DNA of 64,000 bases from Selaginella moellendorffii (lineage: Eukaryota > Plantae > Lycopodiophyta), in contig NW_003314274.1 in the NCBI RefSeq assembly GCF_000143415.4, positions 1 through 64,000 on the forward strand. Reading direction: 5' to 3'. The translations under genes and the position numbers were made by a program. Each line of letters begins with the position of its first letter. The stretch's first letter is position 1. The notes beneath the pieces were generated by a model. That model ran no database searches, was not told the origin of the DNA, and worked only from the letters and a program-made list of their open reading frames with translations. This document shows, piece after piece, positions 33,400-45,156 of this stretch.

Positions 33400-34000
33400 A
33401 TCGGGGACCGGAAAAACCTTGAGGTACTCAGGAAAAATCGCCCTGTACAACCCAGCGTAGCCTTGGGTGCGAACAATGTGCCTCGGCGCGCTCGCAATCC
33501 CAGGCTTGTAAGCCGGTGTCCATCTCCGGTCGCCCTCGAGTTAAGTCGATTGGAAACACCGCTGAAAACAGGAACTATGGCGATCAAGCGTAATCGCTCT
33601 TAAGACTCTTACCTGTTGAGGCAGCGATTCCTGCTACTCCACCGGAGATCAAGCTCGTCACCATCCTACTTGGGCCTGAAAGTAAACATGCAACGCCAGG
33701 AGGCCTAAGCTTGTCAAAACTGTGTTTACCAATGCGATGGTGCTCTGTGCCTGTAAAGCTTTTCCAAAAATTTCTCACACTCTGAAACAAAAAAAAATCC
33801 AACTTTGAGCGTTCCAGTAGTTGTAGAGAGTGTCATACAAGCAGAAGTTTATCGCAAGCGTTGGGCCTATGGCAGGAGTCAAGTCTGTGGCATTTGGCAG
33901 GGAGGAAAACCAATACCAAAAGCATCGGTCAGAGTTCCTTATAAAGGCTAAGAAAGCTCTCCTGTTGATGGATTGTGGAAAGCGTGTGATAGATGCAGAC
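33400..34000 (-). pseudogene. Mitochondrial carrier (SLC25) pseudogene, copy 2, longer
   Basis: Adds VTSLISGGVAGIAAST, VFPIDL and HIVRTQGYAGLYRAIFPEYLKVFP (third carrier repeat) with intron relics. Confidence 0.8.
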
Positions 34001-34009
34001 GCACGGCAA

Positions 34010-35920
34010 CATCTACACGCAAGAGCACAAAAGCTGTCAAGGGAACAACCAACAACAAAGATCACAAAGCTCAAGGTGAGGAAATTTAGGAGAAGACTTA
34101 GGAACAAGATCCTGAACATGTAACCACCTTGCAGGTTCCAAACTTACAGTCGTCAATCTAGAGTGTAATGTGAACATGACCCAGCAGGAGCAGTCTCCAG
34201 CATCTCCACCGCACACAGCAACACCAACACAACCAGCTCTCAACACCGACACCGACAACATGCTGCATCACTGCGAACACCACAGTTGAGAGCATCCTGA
34301 GCAGGAGTGATGCTCGCAAGCCTGAGCTTACACTGGATCTTAAGCTTGGCATTTCTCCAGTTTGTGGACAAAATGCAGTGTCTCCAGCCAACGCCACAGA
34401 TGCTGATACCAGCAAATTTTGCAAGGCTTTTCCACGACAAGCAGATGAGCATTTTCATGCGAGACAGAGTCTAATCAACACCATTGTCTACCAGCCCCTA
34501 GATGTGAAGCTCACAAAGATCCAGAACCATATTCTCCAGCTCAAAAGGAGCATTCGAGGTACAACTTTCTAGGGATTTGTATGGCAAAGATTTAGTGCAT
34601 GAACAAGGAACTCCCCAAGGAGAATGCAGAGCTTTGCAATGAGATCCAACAACTCAAGGTGAAGCAGTTGTATAGATAGGTGCACTACAACAGAAGAACA
34701 AGTTCAAGAATGAGCTCTCTAGAGTCATAGCAGCAACAAAACAGCCCAATGCCATGGAGAAGTGAGAGCTTCATGATGAAACTCAACTCAGTCATGGGAG
34801 AAAAGTGGAGTATAAAAAATCAACCTTATATATAGAAACATCATCCTGAGTCTTGAGATTCAAACCTTGAGACTCGAGAACAGGAATAAATGGCAATTGC
34901 CCCATGTAGAACTAATTAAAGGGGTGAGTTAACACTCAAACTCTATTCCTTTCTTTTGTATTTTAGCCTTCTGTTATCAATGCACATCCATATGCTTAAA
35001 ATCTAAAGTACTTATGTGATGTTAAGTTTATCTTTGCTCACAACCTTGACAAAAACTTTCATAAAGATTGAAGGACTTAAGTTATTCCCTTTTTACTTTT
35101 TATGTGTTTATTTATGTCTAACTGAAGTAAAATGCAAAATCAAGTCAAAAAAGTGTAAGCAAACATCCACTCCCCTTCTTTTCTCTTTCACTTTTATTTT
35201 CTTTTCCTCTTTTTTTCTTTTCTAGTCATATAGACTTTTATCCAAGTTTCTGGGAATGACTTGTTTTAACCTTCAAATGGATAATTGCAAAACACATTAA
35301 CTTTCAACATTTAGATTGGGATAGATATTTGCTATCTCTTTGGTATATGTATATCACAGAGATAAAAAGTTTTATTGGTGCTTCACTATATAAATTCCTA
35401 TATGATTATTATTTAATATTGTCAACAAAGTTGAGTTTACCTTTGTGATTGCTATAAGCTGTCAATACTAGGTCTTAGGATTAGTATTTGATGAACATTC
35501 TTCCACTTGTTTGAGTGGAGTTTATTGAGCACTTAGGCTATGTACAAGTGGGATAATAACAACACAATAACTTCCATCATTATTTATTAGTGGAATATAA
35601 AGTGGATGACTTAATGTTAATCAATTTTCCCAAATGTTACAATATATGGTTTGTCTAAAGGACTCTTTATTCAATGGAAGGGGTTATATTAAGTGTTGTG
35701 ATAAGTTATATTGCATGTTTAAGGTTTGGCAAAACATTCAATAAACCAATTCTCCAGAAATTATACATGTGCAGTAACTTAAATGCTTTATATAAAGGGA
35801 TTAGGCACCACCTACAGATCCACTAATGCCTCCTTTTGATATTCCTTTAGATCTTAGCCTGTCAACCTTAAAACCTTAACTACCTTTCATCTTTCTAAAA
35901 GAATAGGATGATATGAGGTC
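34010..35920 (+). mobile_element. Decayed Ty3/gypsy remnant, copy 2
   Basis: Colinear with 21300-23200. Integrase relic at ~35240-35830. Confidence 0.6.
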
Positions 35921-36649
35921 TACGTGTATGGCTATGGTGTTATATATAAATATTAGTATAGTGGTATTTTGATAGTCATTGAATTGATTACAATTTAGAC
36001 CACTCACTTTTGTATATAAACTATGGCTTTTGGGCTAATTAAAATGCACATTTTTATATGCACTAAGAGTGCTACTTAAACTATAAATGAGGCTAGAAAA
36101 TAAACCCTTTTAATGGCATCTTTCTCAATATTAGATCAAGAAAGTAATAAACAACTCAATGAAGTTATTAGTCTTTATACTTTTTCTTATTAATACTATA
36201 TACTTAATATACATATTCAATCAATAAAATTCATTGGGAGTAGGTAAAAATACCATAATATAGCTAGTAAATTTTATAAATATAATAAATTTACTTTTAA
36301 ATAGGACAGAAAAAAAATATAGTTAAATAGAGTATGGATAAAAGCTAAAATACAAGTGATAGAGAAGAAACTATTGATATTTTATCCACTTGAAAAGTTC
36401 TTCACCATTTAAGAAATAATAAGCTTAAATAGAATATTAATTATATAGTATTTTAATTCCTTTAGAAAAATTAAATATCCCTGAATTTTATAAGGTGAGA
36501 AATTAAAAAGCAGTTGAGGTTACCAAATGGTAAAAAACAAACAAGGATATTCCTAGGGGTGCTTTTCCTCCTTTCTCCTTTCCTCTATTAGTGCTTGAAT
36601 TTCTTCCCATCAATTTTCTTGTAGATTCAATGTTACCCATTTGGCTCTT

Positions 36650-36963
36650 CCTGTAGCCTCTTGAGATGCAAAGACATCTATTGCCCTATGCACAAAGTGG
36701 TAATCGGCTCCATTGAAATAGTTGTGCCCAAACATGGATCTACCATCATGTTATATGGGTGACCATATAAGATTAATGTCTATCCATGCTAAATAGAAAT
36801 TATGCCCAACATCCACTTCTATCAAATCTGCAGAGATCCCCAACTCATACAGCTTGTAGAGCCCCATGTTGGTGGAGAATGGCACTAGCATAATGTTGTC
36901 ATTGGCATCGGAGAAAGCCATATTTTGCAAGAATTGGTTGAAGAGCATTATATTGCCATGCAT
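36650..36963 (-). pseudogene. Fragment of a plant SAM-dependent methyltransferase (Methyltransf_24-like)
   Basis: QFLQNM...VPFST...ADLIEVDVGHNF..AW.DIN...*...MFGHNYF..AD...V.RA...FA resembles DLIEVDAGHDF..AW.DIN and GG..FGHDYF. In-frame stop, no 5' part. Confidence 0.7.
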
Positions 36964-37701
36964 TTGGAAAAATTATAAGTTGATATGGCTTTTTGTTTTA
37001 CAGTAAATAAGGAACCATATTAGCTTATAGTTTTTTTAAGTTCAACAAAATATGTAACAAAAGGTAATTATGGATGAAATAATTAGTCATTTGAAGGGTT
37101 TTTTAGCATGTAAATCATACTTTTATTGAATTCTTTCGTTATAAAGAAAAATTTAAATAATATGTACTTATTTTTATTATATTTAAATGGGATTTTTGAT
37201 AATTCATACAAATCTAAACCTTAATTAAATTGTATTAAAAAATTCACATTGATGTTAATCATATTAGTCAAACAACAGTACTTAAGTAATCTAATTTAAC
37301 AAAATTTAATTAATTTATACACTGTCATTAGTGTAACTAAAAGAACAAACAAAAAGAACTTGTCTCAAAAAAAAAAACCTGTTCTTTACTTTTGTCTTTA
37401 AGTAATAGCTTCTAAAGTGACACTTTGAGGAGTAGTGACTTATGTTGTGTAGCCTCCTAGATATCAAGAATATTTAAGATCCTATAATATTCTATTGCAG
37501 TAAGAAAGAATAGGGAGTGAGAGAGCACAGGATAAGGACATGATCTGTAGAAAGGTGCTTGCTCACCACCTTTCTGAATTATTAAAAATAGCAGATTAAG
37601 ATTCTTCTACCTAATCAGACATCCATTACAAACCATGGTCAGCACTCAGACTCAAGAGTGTATGGAGCGAATATACTTGATGGGCCGCCCTAATCACGCG
37701 A

Positions 37702-39134
37702 ATGGCGAGGTCCGTGCTCGTGATCAACTCTGGCAGCTCATCGATCAAGTGAGTAAAGATTTTTGTGAAGAAAGAGTTCCTCTAGAGGGTCAATGTATCG
37801 CAGGTATGCCCTGTATCATCTGGGAAGAGTGGCTTCTTGCATTTTCCAGGGCAGTGTGGAAGGCATTGGAACTTCCAAGAGCTCCATCTCCCACAAGAGC
37901 ATCTCCACTGCCCAAGATCTAAAAATCATGGTATTTGTGTTCCAGCAATCTTAAAGCCTTTGTACATGGATAGCTGGGTTGCTAATAGTTTTTTGGTTTT
38001 CTTCCAGGGAAAATGTATTGGAGACCACGAAGCTGGTCTCAAGAAAGTGATGGATTTGCTCCAGCAGCCGCAAAACGTTTGCGCTGTCGGGCACCGAGTC
38101 GTTCACGGCGGCGAGCAATTTAGCAAACCAACGCATATAACTCAAGAGGTGAAGAAAGCAATCGAGAGGGCTGTTCCTCTAGCTCCACTTCACAATCCAG
38201 CAAACTTGGAGGTAACAAATCTTAACTTTCTTTATTCCAAAAGGAAAAATCCATTTTTTTGTCCCATTTTTTCTCCATTAAAAAGATCACAAAAAATTTC
38301 CAGGGAATTCGAGTTGCTGAGGAGCTCTTCCACTGCCCCCACGTAGCCGTCTTTGACACAGCCTTCCACTCCACCATCCCCCGGCCGTCGTACACGTACG
38401 GAATCCCCTGGAAGCTGTACGAAGAGCTGGGCGTACGGCGCTATGGCTTCCACGGGACGAGCTACCAGTTTCTTCTTGGCGAGGCCTCCCGCGCCCTTGG
38501 AAGGCCAGCGCTGGAACTTAATCTCATCGCCTTCCATCTCGGCGCTGGAGCGAGCATGTGTGCGATCAAGCACGGGCAATCGATCGACACAAGCATGGGA
38601 ATGACTCCACTCGAAGGTTTAGTGATGGCTACTCGGAGTGGCGACGTTGATCCGGCGATCTGGCCCTTCCTCGCAGCGCACAGATCCATGGGCTTGGCCG
38701 AGATCGATGCTTTGCTCAACAAGGAGAGTGGGATCTACGGGCTTTGCGGAGACAAAGATATGAAAGAAGTTGTGCAAGCCGCGGATAGTTCCGACAAGCA
38801 CAGGCTAGCGCTGGAGGTGTACGTCCACCGTATAAGGAAGTATCTGGGAGCGTACATGGTTGATCTCGAGGGGAAAGTTGACGCGCTGGTGTTTAGCGGT
38901 GGCGTTGGCGAGAGGTCGGCTAAAATCCGGTCCATGGTTTGCGAGAGGCTGGAGGCTTTTGGAATCCAGGTTGACGAGGAGAAAAATGGTAAAAGCTTGA
39001 GAGAGATCCACAAGGATGGTTCGAGGATCAAGGTTTTGGTGATACCGACCGACGAGCAGCTTTGTATTGCGCAGCAAACTCGCGAGGTTTTGGAGAGTTT
39101 GGAAGCTCCGGTTTGTGAGAAGAGTGGGGGATAG
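37702..39134 (+). CDS. ACK: Acetate kinase, 4 exons
   Basis: Exons 37702-37748, 37804-37930, 38008-38211 and 38304-39134 join in frame through GT-AG introns. Motifs [66 protein letters not shown] and IPTDE. Confidence 0.95.
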
Positions 39135-39442
39135 GATTCACTAGAAAACTTTGGATGAGCTTGGTTGTAAATAGAATGGATTGATCGAGGTTATAAGAGA
39201 ACAAAAGTTATCGCTACATGGTCTTTTAAGTAAAACTACTGAAAGCCATACACCTCTACTATAGCTTGATCTCTTCGCTTCGAATCGCAATCATCGACGA
39301 ATTGGCAAGGAGAACACTGGATTCTTTGATCTTCTCGAGCACCACATCAGCTGCAAGAACCAAGTTGATAAGTTCTTTACGACAAGTTTATGACGTGAGA
39401 CTGATAGACAGGACTTACACATGATTTGTCTTAGCTGAGTTA

Positions 39443-41422
39443 TCACCATCTGTATAGATCACAAGAACACGGTTGAGATAAAGCAAAGCGATGAACAAAT
39501 GCCACTTACGGATTTCCAGGAGGGCCTTGTTGTTGTTGTTGCTGCTGCGGCTGCTGCTGTGCCGGATTGTAGCCTCCAGGATTGCTTCCTCCGCCTGGGT
39601 TGTATCCATTGTTGTTCCCAGTGTTATATCCGCTTCCCGGATTAAAACCTCCACCTCCGGCACCCGAGGAAGGATTGCTAAAACCTCCCTGGTTTGGATT
39701 GTTAAATCCTCCTGGACTGCTTCCTGGACCACCACTATTGCTTCCCGGATTGTTGAAGCCTCCCGTACTATTGCCTGGACCACCACTGTTGCTTCCAGAC
39801 GGAGTGTTGAATCCTCCTGGACTATTTCCTGGACCACCACTGTTGCTTCCCGGATTGTTGAATCCTCCGGGATTGTTACCCCCGGAGCTAAATCCAGTCG
39901 AAGAGTTTCCAGCACCAAACCCGCCAGGATTACTTCCATAGCCTCCACCCGCATTTCCTCCTGGACTAGGAGACCACCCCGGATTTCTACCTTGTGCACT
40001 AAAACCACCTGGACCGTTTCCGGGATTCGAGCCAGGACCCGAGTTGAATCCCCCTGGACCGCTCCCAGGATTGGAGTTGAATCCGCCAGGAGCGCTTCCG
40101 GCATTTGGATTAAATCCTGGATTGTAGCTGCCACCTCCTGGAGCTGGACTTCCAGCATTCATCGCTCCAGCCGGTGCTGCTCCAACAGCCGCTCCCACTG
40201 GTGCTCCAACCGGCGCTCCAAACGGAGATCCACCGGGTGGAGGATTCACCGGAGGCAGCGGCTTAACATTTGGATTCGGCCAAGTTCTTCTGCTAGCTCG
40301 ACTCCCACCAGCAAACTCGGGACCAACCGGAGGTCCCTTGTAGTTTGGATTCGGCCAGACTTTGCCACCTTTCTTCCCAATGCCTGCGAACTCCGGACCG
40401 ACTGGGGGACCCTTGTAGTTTGGATTCGGCCATACTTTCCCCTTGGGAGTCTCGTAGATCGGTGGAGGACCTTTGTAGTTTGGATTCGGCCATGTCTTGC
40501 CACTGCCTTTGCCACCGCCGCCCCAGACGTACTTTGGATCGTCACCCTTGTAGTTTGGGTTCGGCCACACTTTTCCAGTCCCTCCTTTGCCAGTGCCGCT
40601 CACGAAAGGCTTGTCCCCGGGCTTTGGCTTGTAGTTTGGATTCGGCCACACTTTTCCACTGCCTTTGGTGAAGGTCACAAAGTTGTCCTTGCCATCTTCC
40701 GGGGGCTTGTAGTTTGGATTCGGCCAAGTTTTCCCACTGCCATACTTGCTGAAAGACGAGCCTCCAGTCGACCACACGTAGTTGTCACCAGGCTTGGGCT
40801 TATAGTTTGGATTGGGCCAAACTTTCCCGACTCCTTTGCCACCTTTGAAAGATCCACAGCCAAATGGCTCGTCCGAGACTTTGTACTCGGGATCCATGAG
40901 AGGATGAGGCCAGCCATCTCCGTCCCTGTAAATCTTCTGGTTTGGATCGATTCCACCACCAGTGTTCTCGGTCTTTGCCGCTCCATCGGTGCCTGCTGGA
41001 GATGGAACTACATCTACCACAGCGCTGGAAGCTGGCGTGGTAGAGCCAAAAAGCCCACCGGGACCCCATAGACTAGAAGAGCTGGAGTTTCCACCGCTGC
41101 TAGTGCTGCTATTGCTGGAACTCTCCCACGGCAATGCGCTCGAGGACGAGGAGGAGCTAGAAGAAGGATTCCAAGAGCTCCCAAGATCACTGCCAGATGC
41201 GGCCTCCGGTGCCCTGAGCAGCCGAAATCGCGTCCTGGAGAGCTCTCCTCCAGGCCCTAATCGCTGGACCCTAAGACCGCTGCTGCTGGAATGCCGCGAG
41301 AGGAGATCCTTGTCGACGCCATTGCCGATTCCAGCCGCGGGCGCTGAAGAAGAGGAGGATGATCGCGCTAGCGGCGGCAGCGGCACGCTCACTACCTGCG
41401 CCGCCATAGCACTCACCAGCAT
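39443..41422 (-). CDS. Uncharacterised low-complexity protein with 8 WPNPN(Y/V)K motifs, Gly/Asn/Pro/Phe repeats and poly-Q; possible plastid transit peptide
   Basis: Open frame of ~640 codons from ATG 41422 (or 41407). Its apparent stop lies inside a GTAAGT donor at 39509, and a 60-nt intron (39509-39450) gives the C-terminus GNPW*. Synonymous variation among the motif copies supports this frame. Confidence 0.8.
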
Positions 41423-43900
41423 TCCTTGCGCATCCACACAGCTCCCACGAAGAAAAATCCCTCTAGGGTTTTGGATAAGGGTTTAACAAGAAAAATATCT
41501 AAAAGCAGTATATTCGTGTAGTGTTAGAGGATATTCTAATTGGAGAATATATTCTTTAAAGGAGTGAGCTTAAAATAATGATTTCTTGAAGTACGTTTTT
41601 GAAGTGTTTTGCCAGAGTTTATGTCTAAATGAGAAAGGACAATCTTTTGGTGTTCAATGGCATCCTTTCTCTCACATTTGTATATAACTACCTGTCATAT
41701 CCATAAAACAGTAGTAGTATCTACTAATGGTGGACAGACTAGAACATATCTCACTTGAGAGACTATTTTCTTAGACATTTTGTTAGGGCAATTTGATTGC
41801 AATCTATGGTATATGTTCTTTCATGCCTTATATCCATCAATTCAGAGCCCTCACTCACCAAAGCATGGGTTTCCAAAAACCATAATCTGTGTTTTGGATG
41901 TATCCTGGCATCCTCACAAAATAGTGTGTCAAAAAGCACTAAAGTGTTTATGGCATAAAGGAGTAAATAGAGGTATAGGCTATCGATTTGGTTTCTCCTC
42001 TCACTTTATATAGTAAAGAGAGTGAGAGAGAGTATTACACCTATATTTGAACATGATTATTATTGAAGATAAATTTGCAGGTTGATAATTTTTGCAGCTT
42101 GACTAACTTGTAAATTTTCACAATTATTTTTCTTGATGAAAATTAGTACATTATCAGGGTATCCATTTTCCAAGAGATCTATAACTAATTGTTGCTAAGG
42201 TGAATTATTGTTGGAGGAAATGTGTCAAATGCTTTAATAGAGATATGGTAGTCAATACAGGTCAAAACATGCATAGTTTATAGGACATACCTAGTTTATA
42301 AGACCATAGTTTATAGTTTATGGAGCAAAACTTATATTTTAAGGCTTTGGGCCACTAAACTAAAAGATAGACCAATAGAATAGTCTTATAATATCCAAAA
42401 TTCTAATGCTAAAACTAATACATAAAATAAACTCAAATGGAATTTGGCACTTTTCCAACATATGAGTGATTTAATTTGACAATGTGGTATTTCACCAACT
42501 AATATGATATGGAATTTGGGCTTAGATTTAAACTAAAGGTAAAATAAAGAGCAATAGATAAGCTAAACAGTATCTCAAGTGGTAAATTTGACTTTATTTA
42601 ACTTCATTTTGTGTGTTGATTTGGCTTTAGGATTCTGAATACTCTAAGATTTTATTCACTTTGAAAGTCAGGTATACATGTTTAAGGGTTAGGTTTTGTT
42701 TTATGGTTATCCTATAGAGTAAAAAATATATGTGTTAACACTTTGATAAATAAAATCAAGAGGAAGAAATTACAACTAAGTTATATATAATTTGATAACA
42801 CTATAAAGAATGAAAAAATAATAAAACATTTTTCACCTTATATATTGCTTTTTGGTTTGCTTAAGCAAACCTGTAAGGGGATTGGGATGGTAGTGGATAT
42901 ACCTAGAATATACTTGGATATCTAGGATATTCTACCATCTAACGGTTGTTATTCATTTAGATTAATTTTGTATTTATAATTTAAAAACTTTCTTAAACAC
43001 TTTCTAGTATATTCTTTTTTATTTTATCATCTAATGGTTGATATACAATAAGATTAATCTTGTATTTATAAATTACAAACATGCATATAATTATAAACTT
43101 TTTTGATCAATTGGATTAATAAGTAAAAATAACACTATTATTAAGAAAACCAAGTGTTGCTACATACAAGGTGTAGCAATTTATTTAAGGTTTGAGGTTT
43201 AAAGTTTTATTTTGTTATATAAATATGTTAATTAATTAAGTATTTTTATAAGTAAAATAGCATTTTTTCTCTTTCATATTAAGTAGTATATATAAGAATG
43301 ACTTATGTACATGATAATTTGTAAGCAAAGAATTTAACAGTAATATGATTTACATAAAGTAAACAAACTTTTAATCCTTTATACACTATAGTTATTGTTA
43401 ATTAGTATGCACTTATAATAACAACTAATACTATATTTATTATTATACTGTCTACAAGAGAAAGAATAGACAATTAAGTGAGAGAGTATGAGTATGTTGC
43501 CACTAGAAAAAGGTAAACGAGGGCCACTGCTGTTGCCATTACTTCTCACAACTCATAAGCCACATGGACCCCTCAGATTTATTGCCACACCAAAGGGTGC
43601 CTCTCTTTTATTATTACCTACTTTCTAATCATAGATTCAACCATAGCAAGGGTTGAATGCTGTTATAGCTCTTTCCAATCCCAAAAAGAAAAGCTCTAGT
43701 CTAGTTGCTTCACCTTAGAAGTGAAGCAAGTTGGCAAATAGAACCATAGTTACAAACATGAATATGAAATATGAATATGAGCCTTAGATTTTAGGAACCT
43801 GACCATAGAACACAATCATGGCTCACAAATATTCTAAGAATTTTCTATTTTTAATTCTAGGAAATACTAATTTTTATTATATATAAACTATTCAAACATC

Positions 43901-44880
43901 CTACAAATCATTGTTATCTTCAACCTCACAATCTTTGACATTGTCTCCATCTTCCTCTTCCTCTCCTGACTCAAGTTTGTCTTTTGAATGAGGAATTGTT
44001 TTTAGTACTTTGTAGTTCACAAACTTGTCATAATTATAGTCATTTTTGTAGGTTAACAACTTGCTATTACAAGCCATGAAAACCAAATCTACTGTTTTGT
44101 CCACAATAAGTCTATTCCTTTTCTTTGAAGACATATGCTCAAAAGTTTTGAATAATCTCTCTACAAAGGATGACAAGCATGCCTGATTTTGAACTTGAAT
44201 GGCCAACTTTTGAAGAGCTGGAATTTCATAACTATAATCTCCCACCAACATATAGCTCCCTTCTTAGTGTGATCAACCTTACCATCAATCAAGTTGAAAA
44301 TGCCTCCTATCCTCCTATAAATTTAAAGCTCACCCTATATCACATCCCTCTCATTGGATGTAAACATGGCCAATATATAAGCATTCTAATCCTTCATGAC
44401 TTCTTTGTTGACATGTTTTTCATGCTTTTGAAACTCAAGGTCTAGCATATATGCCATTGAGTGTATAAATGAGTGATACTTATACCACCAGTTAAACATG
44501 ATTTGATGAAGTTCCCTATACTTGCCATAATCTGACTATCCTTTCTCTAAATTTGCATCCAACCTATTCATACACTCATATATTTTTCCAATCATAGGTA
44601 TATCATCGTCCACAAGATGAAGTAGCAACATAACATCCTCACCCACTTGTCTGTGTATATGGTTACACTTGTTTGCTCCCATTGCTTCCTTATGGATGCC
44701 ATCTTAACATCAATGAATCTTTTCTCTTTCAACAAAAACTTCTCCCAAAGATCATCATATTTTGGTGGTGCATAATGCAAACAATGCCTAGCAACTTCTT
44801 GGATCATGTTGAGGAAGTAAGAGGACTAAACCTTCACAAATGGAATCATTGTTCATTCTAGAAAAATTGCCATATCAACT
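43901..44880 (-). mobile_element. Decayed hAT transposase
   Basis: C-terminal dimerisation domain PALQKLAI...Q.C.SS..ER....FE...SKKRNRL......DLVF...N..L, and DUF659-like YAPPKYDDL...W....VTIYTDKW. Frameshifted. Confidence 0.88.
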
Positions 44881-44950
44881 TGGGGATTTTGATATTTATT
44901 GGATTAGTTTCAATCTGAATATAAGTTATTTCCTTATTTCATGCACTCAC

Positions 44951-45156
44951 TATATATATACATATATGTATATATGTATATGTATGTATATATGTATATA
45001 TGTATATATATGTATGTATGTATGTATGTATATATGTATATATGTATATATGTATGTATGTATGTATGTATATATGTATGTATGTATGTATGTATATGTA
45101 TATATATATGTATGTATGTATATATATGTATATATGTATGTATGTATATATGTATA
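44951..45156. repeat. Compound (TA)n/(TATG)n microsatellite
   Basis: ~205 bp made almost entirely of TA, TATG and TATATG units. Confidence 0.97.

Larger units (their letters stand above)
13361..35960 (+). repeat. Direct segmental duplication: ~13361-23230 and ~27322-35960
   Basis: Colinear homology starts at tctatattatcaataaataatttatttt (13361/27322) and ends near gaataggatgatatgaggtct (~23177/~35901). It covers the CACTA relic, RLP, PPR, carrier and gypsy relics. Confidence 0.95.

Noticed and set aside
37702-39134. Bacterial contamination as the source of acetate kinase
   Set aside because: Three in-frame GT-AG introns and contiguous plant sequence on both sides.
40263-40820. CRISPR-like array of ttgtagtttggattcggcca with unique spacers
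   Set aside because: Spacer lengths vary widely but keep one reading frame, repeat variants are mostly synonymous, there are no cas genes and the context is eukaryotic. It is a protein repeat.
39415-41071. 526-aa plus-strand and 247-aa alternative-frame ORFs
   Set aside because: By-products of Gly/Pro low-complexity coding on the minus strand.
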